From Candidatus Levyibacteriota bacterium (lineage in GTDB: Bacteria > Patescibacteriota > Microgenomatia > Levybacterales > UBA12049), in the NCBI GenBank assembly GCA_016214555.1, contig JACROF010000002.1, forward strand, positions 5,416 to 69,415: a stretch of DNA of 64,000 bases, read 5' to 3'. This document shows positions 18,934 through 27,671 of this stretch, piece after piece. Both the position numbers and the translations under genes were made by a program. Under the pieces are notes generated by a model. The model saw nothing but the letters and a program-made list of their open reading frames with translations. It did not search any database and was not told where the DNA came from. The first letter of the stretch is position 1, and every line of letters begins with the position of its first letter.

Positions 18934-19943
18934 TGTTTGCGCGTTCTCAAAAACGATTTGTCTGGGCCGATGTTATTAGGGTATTGGCTACGTATTTTGT
19001 TATATGTGTTCACCTGACCTATGTTTTGAGTCCGATTACAGGGTCAAATCCAGTCGATGTTGCCATTTTTTCAGTTGCCAAAACATGTGTCCCACTTTTT
19101 GCTGTGTTAAGCGGAGCTCTTCTCATGTCAAAAAAAGATACTTTTATCACTTTTATCAAAAAAAGATTATCACGACTCCTAAAACCATGGGTATTTTGGA
19201 CAAGTATGTATACAATTCTTTTTTTTGTAAAAACTCAACAATCATTTACTGTCTCAAAATTTATTTACGAAGAAAGCATTCAGTTGTTCACCCTTTTGTG
19301 GTTTGTTCCGATTATTTTTGGGCTGTATTTGATAACGCCATTATTTCGTTATTTTTTTTATAAAAGATCTGTATTTTATCAATTTTTGTATATAGTGATC
19401 TGGTTTGGTATTTTAGTACATTTCCCAAAACTTTACGAAGATCCAAGGTTTATCAGAACAAACGATGTCACATTTGTCGTCCAGGTATTTCTCTACAGCG
19501 GTTTTTTTCTTTGGGGAGATACAGTCTTAAAATTGCAAAAAATGCTTCCAATCTCAACTCAGTATGTACTTTCAGTAGTATGTGTTGTGTCTGGGTTATT
19601 TTGGACGTATCTTACTGTATTGCATGGTGGTGGAGGAGGTAGCTTTCATTATCTTTCAGGAAATATAGCACTTTTGACACTTGGATTTTATTGGATTTTG
19701 ATACTCAGCTTTTCTCGTGTAAAAATCACAGGGTTTTTTCTTGAACATATAACAAGAGCAAGTAAGTTATCGTTTGGGGTCCTCTTTTTGCATATTTTAA
19801 TTATCCAATTTGTACTTAAGGACATGATTTCATCACTTGCTAGTATTCCTTATTTTATAAGCGCAGCTGTCCTGGGGATTTTTTCATATATGGTTTTGTT
19901 ATGGATGACGAGAGTGACTTTTCTAAGAAAGATAGTAACGTAG
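18933..19943 (+). CDS. Acyltransferase family 3 membrane protein
   Basis: D.IR..A...VI..H, VPLF..LSG, LWF...IFGLYL..P, multi-TM. Confidence 0.8.
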   Translation: MFARSQKRFVWADVIRVLATYFVICVHLTYVLSPITGSNPVDVAIFSVAKTCVPLFAVLSGALLMSKKDTFITFIKKRLSRLLKPWVFWTSMYTILFFVKTQQSFTVSKFIYEESIQLFTLLWFVPIIFGLYLITPLFRYFFYKRSVFYQFLYIVIWFGILVHFPKLYEDPRFIRTNDVTFVVQVFLYSGFFLWGDTVLKLQKMLPISTQYVLSVVCVVSGLFWTYLTVLHGGGGGSFHYLSGNIALLTLGFYWILILSFSRVKITGFFLEHITRASKLSFGVLFLHILIIQFVLKDMISSLASIPYFISAAVLGIFSYMVLLWMTRVTFLRKIVT

Positions 19944-19946
19944 CAT

Positions 19947-21599
19947 TTAATATTCCTCAAGGGTTGAGGTATCGCCGATTGGTTGTCCTAGCTCTTTTGC
20001 CTTTAGAATTCTTCTCATAATTTTTCCACTTCGGGTTTTTGGTAATTTGTCAATAAACTCTATCTCTCGAGGATAGGCATGTCCCGCTAGATGTTTTTTT
20101 ACGTGTTCTTGAAGCTTGGTTTTAAGTTCTTCAGTTGCATCAACATCAGGCTTGAGCACGACAAATGCTTTAATAATTTCTCCTCTTATATCATCAGGTT
20201 TTCCTATAACTCCTGCTTCCACAACGCCCTCAAAACTTATCAGAGCACTCTCGACTTCAAACGGCCCTACTCTCTCACCACTTGTTTTAATTACATCATC
20301 TGCACGTCCCACAAACCAGAAATATCCCTCTTCATCCTTTTTTGCCCTGTCACCAGATATGTACCATCCGTTTTTAAAATAAGAATCGTATTTCTCAGTA
20401 TTTTGCCAAACAGTCCGCATCATCGATGGCCATGGTGGTTTAATGGCAAGATTACCTTCTTCTCCTGCAGCAACAGGATTGCCATCATCGTCAATGATTT
20501 CAGCAGTTACAAATGGTAGTGGCTTTCCCATAGACCCTGGTTTTAATTCTATCTCTGGTGTATTTGCAATCATAATAGAGCCTGTTTCTGTCTGCCACCA
20601 CGTATCATGAAAATATTTTCCTTTAAAAATCTTCTTGCTCCAGAGAAGGGGTTCAGGATTAAGAGGTTCGCCAACTGATGCGAGGTAGCGAAGCGATGAG
20701 AGATCATACTTTTCAGTAAGCGCATCACCCTTTGCCATAAGCATCCTGATGGCAGTTGGCGCAGTGTACCAGACAGTTATTTTATGTTTGGCAATAAGTG
20801 AGTACCACTTCTCAGGATCAAATCTCCCACTATGGATAAATGTTGTAACCCCTAAAGAAAGATTGGTGAGAATGCTATAGACAATCCCTGTTACCCATCC
20901 TGGATCTGCAGTGCACCAGTATATATCGTCATCTTTAAGATCAAGGCAGATCTTGGCGCTCTCAATTTGCTGGATAAGCCCATAGTGTGCATGAACTATC
21001 CCTTTTGGTTTTCCTGTAGTTCCTGAAGTATAGAGCATGAATGCGTAATCTTCAGGTCTTGTATGAAACATTGAAAAAACATCAGATTCTTTCTCTAGAT
21101 CACTTATGTAATCTTCATCATCGATGATAAAAACATGTTTCAACTCAGGTAATTCATCACGAATTGTTTGAATTCTATCAGCTAATTCTTTGGTCGTAAA
21201 AATGGCTTTAGCCCCTGAATTTTCCAACCTATCCTTGAGTGCGTCTGAGCCAAATGCAGAAAACATTGTTCCAGCAATAGCGCCTGTTTTGACAATTCCC
21301 AGAAAATTGATATAGAGATCCGGAACGCGGGGAAGAAAGAGAAATACGCGATCGCCTTTATTTATGACATTTTTTGAGAGAAAATTTGCGACTTTATTAC
21401 TTTGGCTCACAAGCTGTGAAAAAGTAAATTCTGTTACATTTCCCTGGTCATCTTCAAAAATAAGGGCCTTTTTATCCCCATTTCCTTCAAGAATATGCTT
21501 ATCAAGCACAGTTTGGGCAATATTAAGATTTGTATCAGTAAACCAACTTACATTGTCAGACTTACTTTCCCAGAATTCGTTATTTGTAAAACTATTCAT
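19947..21599 (-). CDS. acsA: Acetate--CoA ligase (AMP-forming); start likely ATG 21599
   Basis: YTSGTTGKPKG, WCTADPGWVTG, DTWWQTETG, GRADDVI, LPKTRSGKIMRR. Confidence 0.92.
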   Translation of the reverse strand: MNSFTNNEFWESKSDNVSWFTDTNLNIAQTVLDKHILEGNGDKKALIFEDDQGNVTEFTFSQLVSQSNKVANFLSKNVINKGDRVFLFLPRVPDLYINFLGIVKTGAIAGTMFSAFGSDALKDRLENSGAKAIFTTKELADRIQTIRDELPELKHVFIIDDEDYISDLEKESDVFSMFHTRPEDYAFMLYTSGTTGKPKGIVHAHYGLIQQIESAKICLDLKDDDIYWCTADPGWVTGIVYSILTNLSLGVTTFIHSGRFDPEKWYSLIAKHKITVWYTAPTAIRMLMAKGDALTEKYDLSSLRYLASVGEPLNPEPLLWSKKIFKGKYFHDTWWQTETGSIMIANTPEIELKPGSMGKPLPFVTAEIIDDDGNPVAAGEEGNLAIKPPWPSMMRTVWQNTEKYDSYFKNGWYISGDRAKKDEEGYFWFVGRADDVIKTSGERVGPFEVESALISFEGVVEAGVIGKPDDIRGEIIKAFVVLKPDVDATEELKTKLQEHVKKHLAGHAYPREIEFIDKLPKTRSGKIMRRILKAKELGQPIGDTSTLEEY

Positions 21600-22881
21600 T
21601 GGTAGTGTCAGTTTGATTACCTCCAGCTTTTTGTAGCATTTGTTCAATTTGAAGAAGCCTATTGTACTTTGCGACGCGTTCTCCTCTGGCAGGTCCACCA
21701 AATTTTACATAATCTGATGCGACCGCAACTGAAAAATCGGCAATAAAGTCATCATTTGTCTCGCCACTCCTGTGTGAGACTATTATTTTAAGCCCAGCGT
21801 GTCTTGCTATTTCTACAACAGCTAAACTTTCAAGGACAGTACCGATCTGATTTGGTTTAATTACAACACTATTGATAGTATTCTTGTTGAGAGCCATTTG
21901 AAGCCTAATGGGATTTGTTGCCGTTAAATCATCGCCAACAATCAGAGAGTGGTTACTTAACTTTGATAAAGCCATGGTCCAACCGTCCCAGTCATCCTCA
22001 GATAAAGGGTCTTCAATGTAGAGAATATGAAATTTTTTAACAAGATCTTCATAATAGGAGATTAGCTCTTCGGCATTCATAGCTGTTGGTTTATCTTTAA
22101 TTTTATAAAGTTGATCTTTGTAAAAATTCTTTGCAGATGCATCGATGCCTAAGAAAATATCATACCCTAATCTCCAGCTTGCTGCAGATACTGCTTGGGC
22201 GATAACATCTAAAACATCCTCGTTCTTATCAAATGTCGGCGCAAACCCTCCCTCGTCTCCGATAGTTGTGCCTAAGTGGTTTTTTTCAAGCTCTTGACGA
22301 ATTTTATGATATACAGTAACACCCATCTCAAGAGAATCAGAAAAGTTTTGATAGGTTGCAGGAATTACGTAAAACTCCTGCAAATCGACGTTGTTCCCTG
22401 CATGCATACCTCCGTTGATAAGGCTCATTGCGGGTGTTGGAATTTTGAGTGCTAACTTTTCTTTTGAAATAAAATTTCGAAGATAAAGAAATAGCGGTTG
22501 ATACACTGTCTTTGCTCCAGCTCTGACTGCGGCTTTTGATATACAGAAAAGAGTATTTCCTCCTAATTTTGACTTTGTTTTTGTACCGTCAAGGTCGATA
22601 AGCGTTCTGTCGATAAGCTGTTGGTTGGTAATATCCATACCTTCAAGAGCTGGAAAAATGACATTATGGATAGTATCAACAGCAATTCTTACGCCTTGAC
22701 CTTCGTATCTTTCGAGATCGTTATCACGCAATTCAAACGCCTCATATGAGCTTCGTGATGTTCCGCCAGGGGAGGAGGCAATAGCAACAACGTTGTTATC
22801 AAGCACGATTTGACACTCCACGGTTGGAATTCCTCGTGAGTCAAGAATTTCTCTCGCATTGATCTGTTTGATTTTTGCCAT
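21592..22881 (-). CDS. eno: Enolase
   Basis: REILDSRG.PTVE, GDEGGFAP, VGDDL, KPNQIGT, SHRSGET, RGERVAKYN. Confidence 0.95.
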   Translation of the reverse strand: MAKIKQINAREILDSRGIPTVECQIVLDNNVVAIASSPGGTSRSSYEAFELRDNDLERYEGQGVRIAVDTIHNVIFPALEGMDITNQQLIDRTLIDLDGTKTKSKLGGNTLFCISKAAVRAGAKTVYQPLFLYLRNFISKEKLALKIPTPAMSLINGGMHAGNNVDLQEFYVIPATYQNFSDSLEMGVTVYHKIRQELEKNHLGTTIGDEGGFAPTFDKNEDVLDVIAQAVSAASWRLGYDIFLGIDASAKNFYKDQLYKIKDKPTAMNAEELISYYEDLVKKFHILYIEDPLSEDDWDGWTMALSKLSNHSLIVGDDLTATNPIRLQMALNKNTINSVVIKPNQIGTVLESLAVVEIARHAGLKIIVSHRSGETNDDFIADFSVAVASDYVKFGGPARGERVAKYNRLLQIEQMLQKAGGNQTDTTNE

Positions 22882-25149
22882 TTATGTAGTAATAAGTTTT
22901 TTTTCAACTCGCGCGATCGTTTTTCTTACATTCTCAATAGCATCTGGTGAGACAGATACACTAGTAATACCCCATGAAACCAATTTTTCGACAAGCTCAG
23001 GATAGAGAGAAGGGGCTTGGCCACAGATTGAGGATGTAATTCTATATTTGTGAGCTGTCTTAATAATACGCTCAAGTGCCCACAGTACTGCCTCGTTTTG
23101 TTCATCAAATTCTTGGGCGACTTCGCTGTTGTCTCTATCTGTTCCAAGAAGTAGCATGGTAAGATCATTTGACCCAATTGATATCCCGTCAATTCCTGCC
23201 TCGATAAATTTATCAAGCAAAATGACATTTGAAGGTATTTCAACCATCATCCAAAGCTTAAAAGATGCGGATCTAGTAAGTCCATTTTTGAGAAGAATTT
23301 TTTTAACTTCAGTTAATTCATGCACGGTTCTCACAAAAGGGATCATAAGCGAGAGATTTTTAAGATTCATTTTTTCACGAACAATTTTTATTGCCTCAAG
23401 CTCGAGTTTGAAAACTTCGGGGTCATGCATGTATCGAAAAGCACCACGGTATCCAAGCATGGGATTTGGCTCAATTGGCTCAAAAGACTTGCCGCCAATC
23501 AGGCCTCTGTATTCATTTGTCTTAAAATCAGACGCTCTGTATACAACAGGTCGAGGGTAAAATGCCTTACAAAATTTTTCCAAAGCATCAGAGAGAGCAT
23601 GGATAAATACCTCCTTTTTCCCATCATGAATCAACTTTTTAGGATGAGTGCCAATATTAGCCATAATAAATTCAGCTCTCAAAAGTCCTATGCCATCAAC
23701 ATGCTGAGCAGCGACTTTTTCTGCTAGATCAGGTTGAGCGAGGTTGACATAGACATGTGTTGCTGTTTTGATCCTGTCGGATGGAATAGCTTGTTGCTGT
23801 GTCAGATTAGATTTGGTAATACCTCCTTTGAAGACCTCTCCTGTTGTCCCGTTTACTGTGACCACTGATGCATTTGTTAGTATTTTGGTTGCTTGTTCAG
23901 TCCCAACAACCGCTGGAATACCTAATTCTCTTGAGACAATTGCTGCATGGGAAGTTCTCCCTCCTTTGTCTGTTACAATTGCTATTGCTTTTTTCATACC
24001 AGGCACAAAATCTGGATTTGTTTGTGGAGCAACCATAACATCACCTGGAAGCATTTTTGAAAGATCTTTCACCGTTGAAATAATTTTGACTGGACCACTT
24101 GCAAGACCAGGAGATGCAGGAGCTCCAGTTACCAAAACTGAAAGGTGTTTGGTTTGCTCAGAAGTATCAACTGCTTTTTCTGTTGAAAGAGTGGTTATTG
24201 GTCGTGTTTGAACGATATAGATAGTATTTCCTGTGATAGCCCATTCTACGTCTTGTGGGAAGTAATAGTGTTTTTCAAGCTTTTTCCCAAGGAGTGCCAA
24301 ATTGAGGATAAGATTGTCGCTAATTTTTTGTTTAGTACCATCCTTTTTATCAACCTTTACCTCCTTATTTCCGTCTTTTACTTTGACAAGCTTAACTGTC
24401 TGAGTCGCAATTTGTTTTTTGATGATTTTTGCATCGCTTTTATCTACTTCATAATGATCTGGTGTTACTTCTCCCTGAACAATCATTTCACCAAGTCCAT
24501 AGATCGCCTCAATGACCACCTTCGATTTATCATTAGTTACAGGATCAAGAGTAAACATAATGCCTGATTTCTCAGACTCAATCATTTTTTGGACAACAAT
24601 TGCGATGCCTACCCTAAAATGATCAAATTTTTGCTCATGTCGGTAGAATATTGCTCGAGGCTCAAAAAGTGATGCCCAAGCCTCTTTTACTTTGTGAACA
24701 AGTACACTTTCACCTTTAATGTTAAGAAATGTCTCTTGTTGGCCAGCAAAAGAAGCATTTGGGAGATCTTCAGCTGTTGCTGATGAGCGAACAGCGACTA
24801 AAGTATCGTTTAGTCTGCCGCTTAGCTTGGTATAGGCTGCAAAAATTTCGTGAACAAGCTCATCACTCATGCGTTCTCCCATAATGAGCTTTTTAATATG
24901 ATGAGATACTTGCTGAAGAGACTCAGGCTTGTCAAAGTTAATTGTTCCAAGGAGGTGGTTTATTTTTTCAGTGAGATTATTTTCTTTAAGAAATTTGAAA
25001 TAAGCCTGTGCAGTAACAATAAATCCAGGCGGGACAGGAAAACCAGCGCTTGTCATTTCTCCAAGATTGGCACCTTTTCCACCGACTCTTGGGATGTCTT
25101 CTTTTCCTACATCCTCAAACCACAAAATGAGCGAATTATCTTTGGGCAT
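22882..25149 (-). CDS. ppsA: Phosphoenolpyruvate synthase (start likely ATG 25149)
   Basis: VGGKGANLGEM, AVRSSATAED, SFAGQQET, GGRTSHAAIVSRELG, NPMLGYRG, SIGSNDL. Confidence 0.96.
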   Translation of the reverse strand: MPKDNSLILWFEDVGKEDIPRVGGKGANLGEMTSAGFPVPPGFIVTAQAYFKFLKENNLTEKINHLLGTINFDKPESLQQVSHHIKKLIMGERMSDELVHEIFAAYTKLSGRLNDTLVAVRSSATAEDLPNASFAGQQETFLNIKGESVLVHKVKEAWASLFEPRAIFYRHEQKFDHFRVGIAIVVQKMIESEKSGIMFTLDPVTNDKSKVVIEAIYGLGEMIVQGEVTPDHYEVDKSDAKIIKKQIATQTVKLVKVKDGNKEVKVDKKDGTKQKISDNLILNLALLGKKLEKHYYFPQDVEWAITGNTIYIVQTRPITTLSTEKAVDTSEQTKHLSVLVTGAPASPGLASGPVKIISTVKDLSKMLPGDVMVAPQTNPDFVPGMKKAIAIVTDKGGRTSHAAIVSRELGIPAVVGTEQATKILTNASVVTVNGTTGEVFKGGITKSNLTQQQAIPSDRIKTATHVYVNLAQPDLAEKVAAQHVDGIGLLRAEFIMANIGTHPKKLIHDGKKEVFIHALSDALEKFCKAFYPRPVVYRASDFKTNEYRGLIGGKSFEPIEPNPMLGYRGAFRYMHDPEVFKLELEAIKIVREKMNLKNLSLMIPFVRTVHELTEVKKILLKNGLTRSASFKLWMMVEIPSNVILLDKFIEAGIDGISIGSNDLTMLLLGTDRDNSEVAQEFDEQNEAVLWALERIIKTAHKYRITSSICGQAPSLYPELVEKLVSWGITSVSVSPDAIENVRKTIARVEKKLITT

Positions 25150-25195
25150 TACCATCATTATAACGCTGAAATTTGAAAATTAACAAGTATTTGGC

Positions 25196-25228
25196 AAAAA
25201 AATCCCCGCGTAACTAGGTCACGCGGGG
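25196..25228 (-). terminator. Intrinsic terminator of 25264..25809
   Basis: CCCCGCGT/ACGCGGGG stem followed by T-tract on the minus strand. Confidence 0.8.
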
Positions 25229-25263
25229 TGTGTGTATTAAAAGCTTGTTGGTATAGAAAAGTT

Positions 25264-25809
25264 TTAGTCGCCCGCGAATGATCTTCCGTTGGGTTGAATT
25301 GTTGGAAGTGAGTCATAGACATCAAGCAATCTCCTCCAAGTAAATAGAATCACAGAGATTGCCAAACTAAACAAGGTGAGTGTGACTGACCAATTGGTAA
25401 TCCCGTATTCGTTAATTACACGATACGTTAAATACCCCAAAGTAGCGCTGACAGCGAATTTCCAGGGAGCTGGAAACCTTTTGTCCATATGAACAAGATT
25501 GAGCATGTAGTCTGTTGTTCTCAGAATTGGGTGCCAGCGTGGTCTAATTCCAGCAATGATAGCACATAGCCAGACAATGCCGAAAAAGAAAAGCTGGAGC
25601 GCTCCCAAAAGAATGGTAAGTGGCACCATGATAAGCCAGTATTCGGTAAATATTGGATAGTTGCACTTAATATTCCATACGCGTGAGGTGGCTTGGTATA
25701 ACGCTGATGTTCTTCTTGGATGAAGAATTCTGTAACGCTTGACCCAGAGAAGAACTGATAGACCAACCACCAAAGATATAACTATCCAGTGTGAGAGAAA
25801 ATACGACAT
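25264..25809 (-). CDS. Hypothetical membrane protein
   Basis: 181 aa, about 4 hydrophobic segments, SD-like AAGGAAG, own promoter TTGCCT-17-TATAAT and terminator. Confidence 0.75.
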   Translation of the reverse strand: MSYFLSHWIVISLVVGLSVLLWVKRYRILHPRRTSALYQATSRVWNIKCNYPIFTEYWLIMVPLTILLGALQLFFFGIVWLCAIIAGIRPRWHPILRTTDYMLNLVHMDKRFPAPWKFAVSATLGYLTYRVINEYGITNWSVTLTLFSLAISVILFTWRRLLDVYDSLPTIQPNGRSFAGD

Positions 25810-25888
25810 GTCTCTTCCTTTCTACATAACTGTTGCCGGTGGGAAAAATAATACCTATTTTCCCCATGAGCAACAGTATAGTAACAAG

Positions 25889-25900
25889 CTATCAAAGAGC
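25889..25900 (-). promoter_or_regulatory. boxA-like leader element GCTCTTTGATAG
   Basis: 5 nt downstream of TATAAT; close to rrn boxA GCTCTTTAACA. Confidence 0.55.
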
Positions 25901-25942
25901 GCTTAATTATAAGATCTCCAAGAGAAATAGGCAAGAAGAAAG

Positions 25943-25968
25943 AAAAACCCCGCCTTAGTAAGCGGGGT
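25943..25968 (-). terminator. Intrinsic terminator of 25975..26415
   Basis: ACCCCGC/GCGGGGT stem with T-tract. Confidence 0.8.
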
Positions 25969-25974
25969 GTATTT

Positions 25975-26415
25975 TTAGGACTGGTTTGCTCTTAGGAGCT
26001 GAGTAAATTTCATCATTGCTCCATCAAGCGTCATGAATACTGAGACATTTTTGCCATGAACACCTCTTATGTGTTTGAGTGTTCGACTTTTTGCCATCTC
26101 CTCACGATCTTGTTGCCTTTCAGCATGGTAGTATGGGATGTTTTTTGGAGACTTTTCCCACATGACAACAATAATATTTTTATCTGGGTCAGTATCTGCA
26201 ATGGACCTCTTGAAGGCAGGTACAAGATTTGACCAACGTTTTCCAGCAACCCAGACGTGATAGAGTACCCCGCCATCGTGCTTTATTGGAAGCGTATTGT
26301 CACTTGTGTAATGGATGTTGTCGCTAGGCACGCCTGTCTCAATGAGCTTTCTTCGGATAAGTTGAAAAAGTTCAGGGTCGTATTTGGCAAGATGGACTTG
26401 CACAGAGAATTGCAT
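25975..26415 (-). CDS. Hypothetical soluble protein (start likely ATG 26415)
   Basis: AAGGAG SD 6 nt before ATG; TATAAT upstream; own terminator. Confidence 0.75.
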   Translation of the reverse strand: MQFSVQVHLAKYDPELFQLIRRKLIETGVPSDNIHYTSDNTLPIKHDGGVLYHVWVAGKRWSNLVPAFKRSIADTDPDKNIIVVMWEKSPKNIPYYHAERQQDREEMAKSRTLKHIRGVHGKNVSVFMTLDGAMMKFTQLLRANQS

Positions 26416-26427
26416 TGCCAACTCCTT

Positions 26428-26439
26428 TTTTGAAAGTAC
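26428..26439 (-). promoter_or_regulatory. boxA-like leader element GTACTTTCAAAA
   Basis: Between TATAAT and SD, after small hairpin GTCTCA/TGAGAT. Confidence 0.45.
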
Positions 26440-26516
26440 ATAATCTCATCTGAGACTATAGGGTGAAATTATACTTAATTTTGCGATACAAAACAATACT
26501 ATTTTGTCGGTGAGGT

Positions 26517-26550
26517 AAAAAATTCCCGCTTGATTGTTAGCCAAGCGGGA
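26517..26550 (-). terminator. Intrinsic terminator of desaturase gene
   Basis: TCCCGCTTG/CAAGCGGGA stem with T-tract. Confidence 0.8.
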
Positions 26551-26565
26551 TAGAGCCTATTGTCC

Positions 26566-27495
26566 TTAGTCGATTGGTGTCAGTCCAGGAGATAGCTTGA
26601 GTTGTTTTTTCCGAGCCTGGATATCCTCAGGGGTCGGTTTTACAACATCCCAAGCAAGTCCAAGTCTCTCAAGAAGGCGAATGACGTAACCGTTTACATC
26701 AATTTGCCACCAAGTGAGTCCGTGATACGCCCATTTAGCTTTTGCATGGTGATTGTTATGAAATCCTTCACCAAATGACAACACGCCAATCAGCCAGTTG
26801 TTCCGGCTGTCGTCTTGTGTGTCAAAAGGCCTATTGCCAAAAGTGTGGCAGATGCTATTGACCGAAAATGTGACATGGTTGTGGTAAGCAATTCTGATAA
26901 ATCCTCCCCACAAAAGACCAGGCCAGCCTGCGATGAGATAAGGAATGAGAAGTCCCAGTCCAAACCACACGAATTTTGATTCATCAATTGCCTTCACAAG
27001 CTTATCGTTGAGAAGGCGTTGGCCAAATTTCCCCTGCAAGTCTTTAGGAGTTGCTCTGAGGATGTGGCCGACATGTGAATGCCAAAATCCATCTCTTGGA
27101 CTATGAGGATCTCCTTCTTTGTCAGCGTTGATATGGTGAGCATAATGCCCAACACAGAAGTCGATTGGTCCTGTTGGTAATCCCATCGCTCCTAAAATCA
27201 GAAAAAAAGCTTCAATAGATGGTTTGGTTTTAAAGCTTCCATGAGTTTCTAGTCGATGATATCCTACACCGGTTCCAAGTCCAGTGAGTGAAAACATAAC
27301 GACAAAAAGCGTGAGTTCTGTTGGTCCGACGTTATTCCCCCAGAGCCACCAGATGCAATAGGGGACAATAGCAAAAATACCAATGACGTATATCAAATTG
27401 GCAAATCGAAAGGTTCCAAAAGATAACTTTTTCTCAGTCAAACCCAAAATGAGTGCAAGGGTAATAAGTCCAATGCCGAAGTACTCAGGGTTCAT
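26566..27495 (-). CDS. Delta-9-type membrane fatty acid (acyl-CoA) desaturase; start ATG 27495
   Basis: His boxes HRLETH, HYAHH, HNNHH; D..GDPHSP, NSICH, GEGFHNNHH; AAGGAGG SD. Confidence 0.93.
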   Translation of the reverse strand: MNPEYFGIGLITLALILGLTEKKLSFGTFRFANLIYVIGIFAIVPYCIWWLWGNNVGPTELTLFVVMFSLTGLGTGVGYHRLETHGSFKTKPSIEAFFLILGAMGLPTGPIDFCVGHYAHHINADKEGDPHSPRDGFWHSHVGHILRATPKDLQGKFGQRLLNDKLVKAIDESKFVWFGLGLLIPYLIAGWPGLLWGGFIRIAYHNHVTFSVNSICHTFGNRPFDTQDDSRNNWLIGVLSFGEGFHNNHHAKAKWAYHGLTWWQIDVNGYVIRLLERLGLAWDVVKPTPEDIQARKKQLKLSPGLTPID

Positions 27496-27606
27496 CGATT
27501 TCCTCCTTTGACGTGAGACTTTTATTGCAGAAAGACTGCCAAAATAGAAGACAAACATAAGCTTACCTTCTTGTTTAGCAGCCCTGCTTTTTCATAAGAA
27601 CATAGG

Positions 27607-27618
27607 TTATTAATGTGC
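27607..27618 (-). promoter_or_regulatory. boxA-like leader element GCACATTAATAA
   Basis: In desaturase 5' leader downstream of TGATATAAT and before a long hairpin (27527-27587). Confidence 0.45.
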
Positions 27619-27671
27619 AGTGCATACAAATGAAAATCTGTTTGCGGAGTAATTATATCATTATTGAGGTT

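Noticed and set aside
21600-21701. Long upstream extensions in the ORF track (acs, lexA1, lexA2, rplS, desaturase, 33693, 48250, 56842)
   Set aside because: They run through promoters or neighbouring genes; downstream ATGs fit SD or -10 spacing and family N-termini better.
25196-27660. Integron cassette array
   Set aside because: No intI in the window and no RYYYAAC...GTTRRRY attC pattern; the hairpins have T-tracts typical of terminators and the genes have their own promoters.
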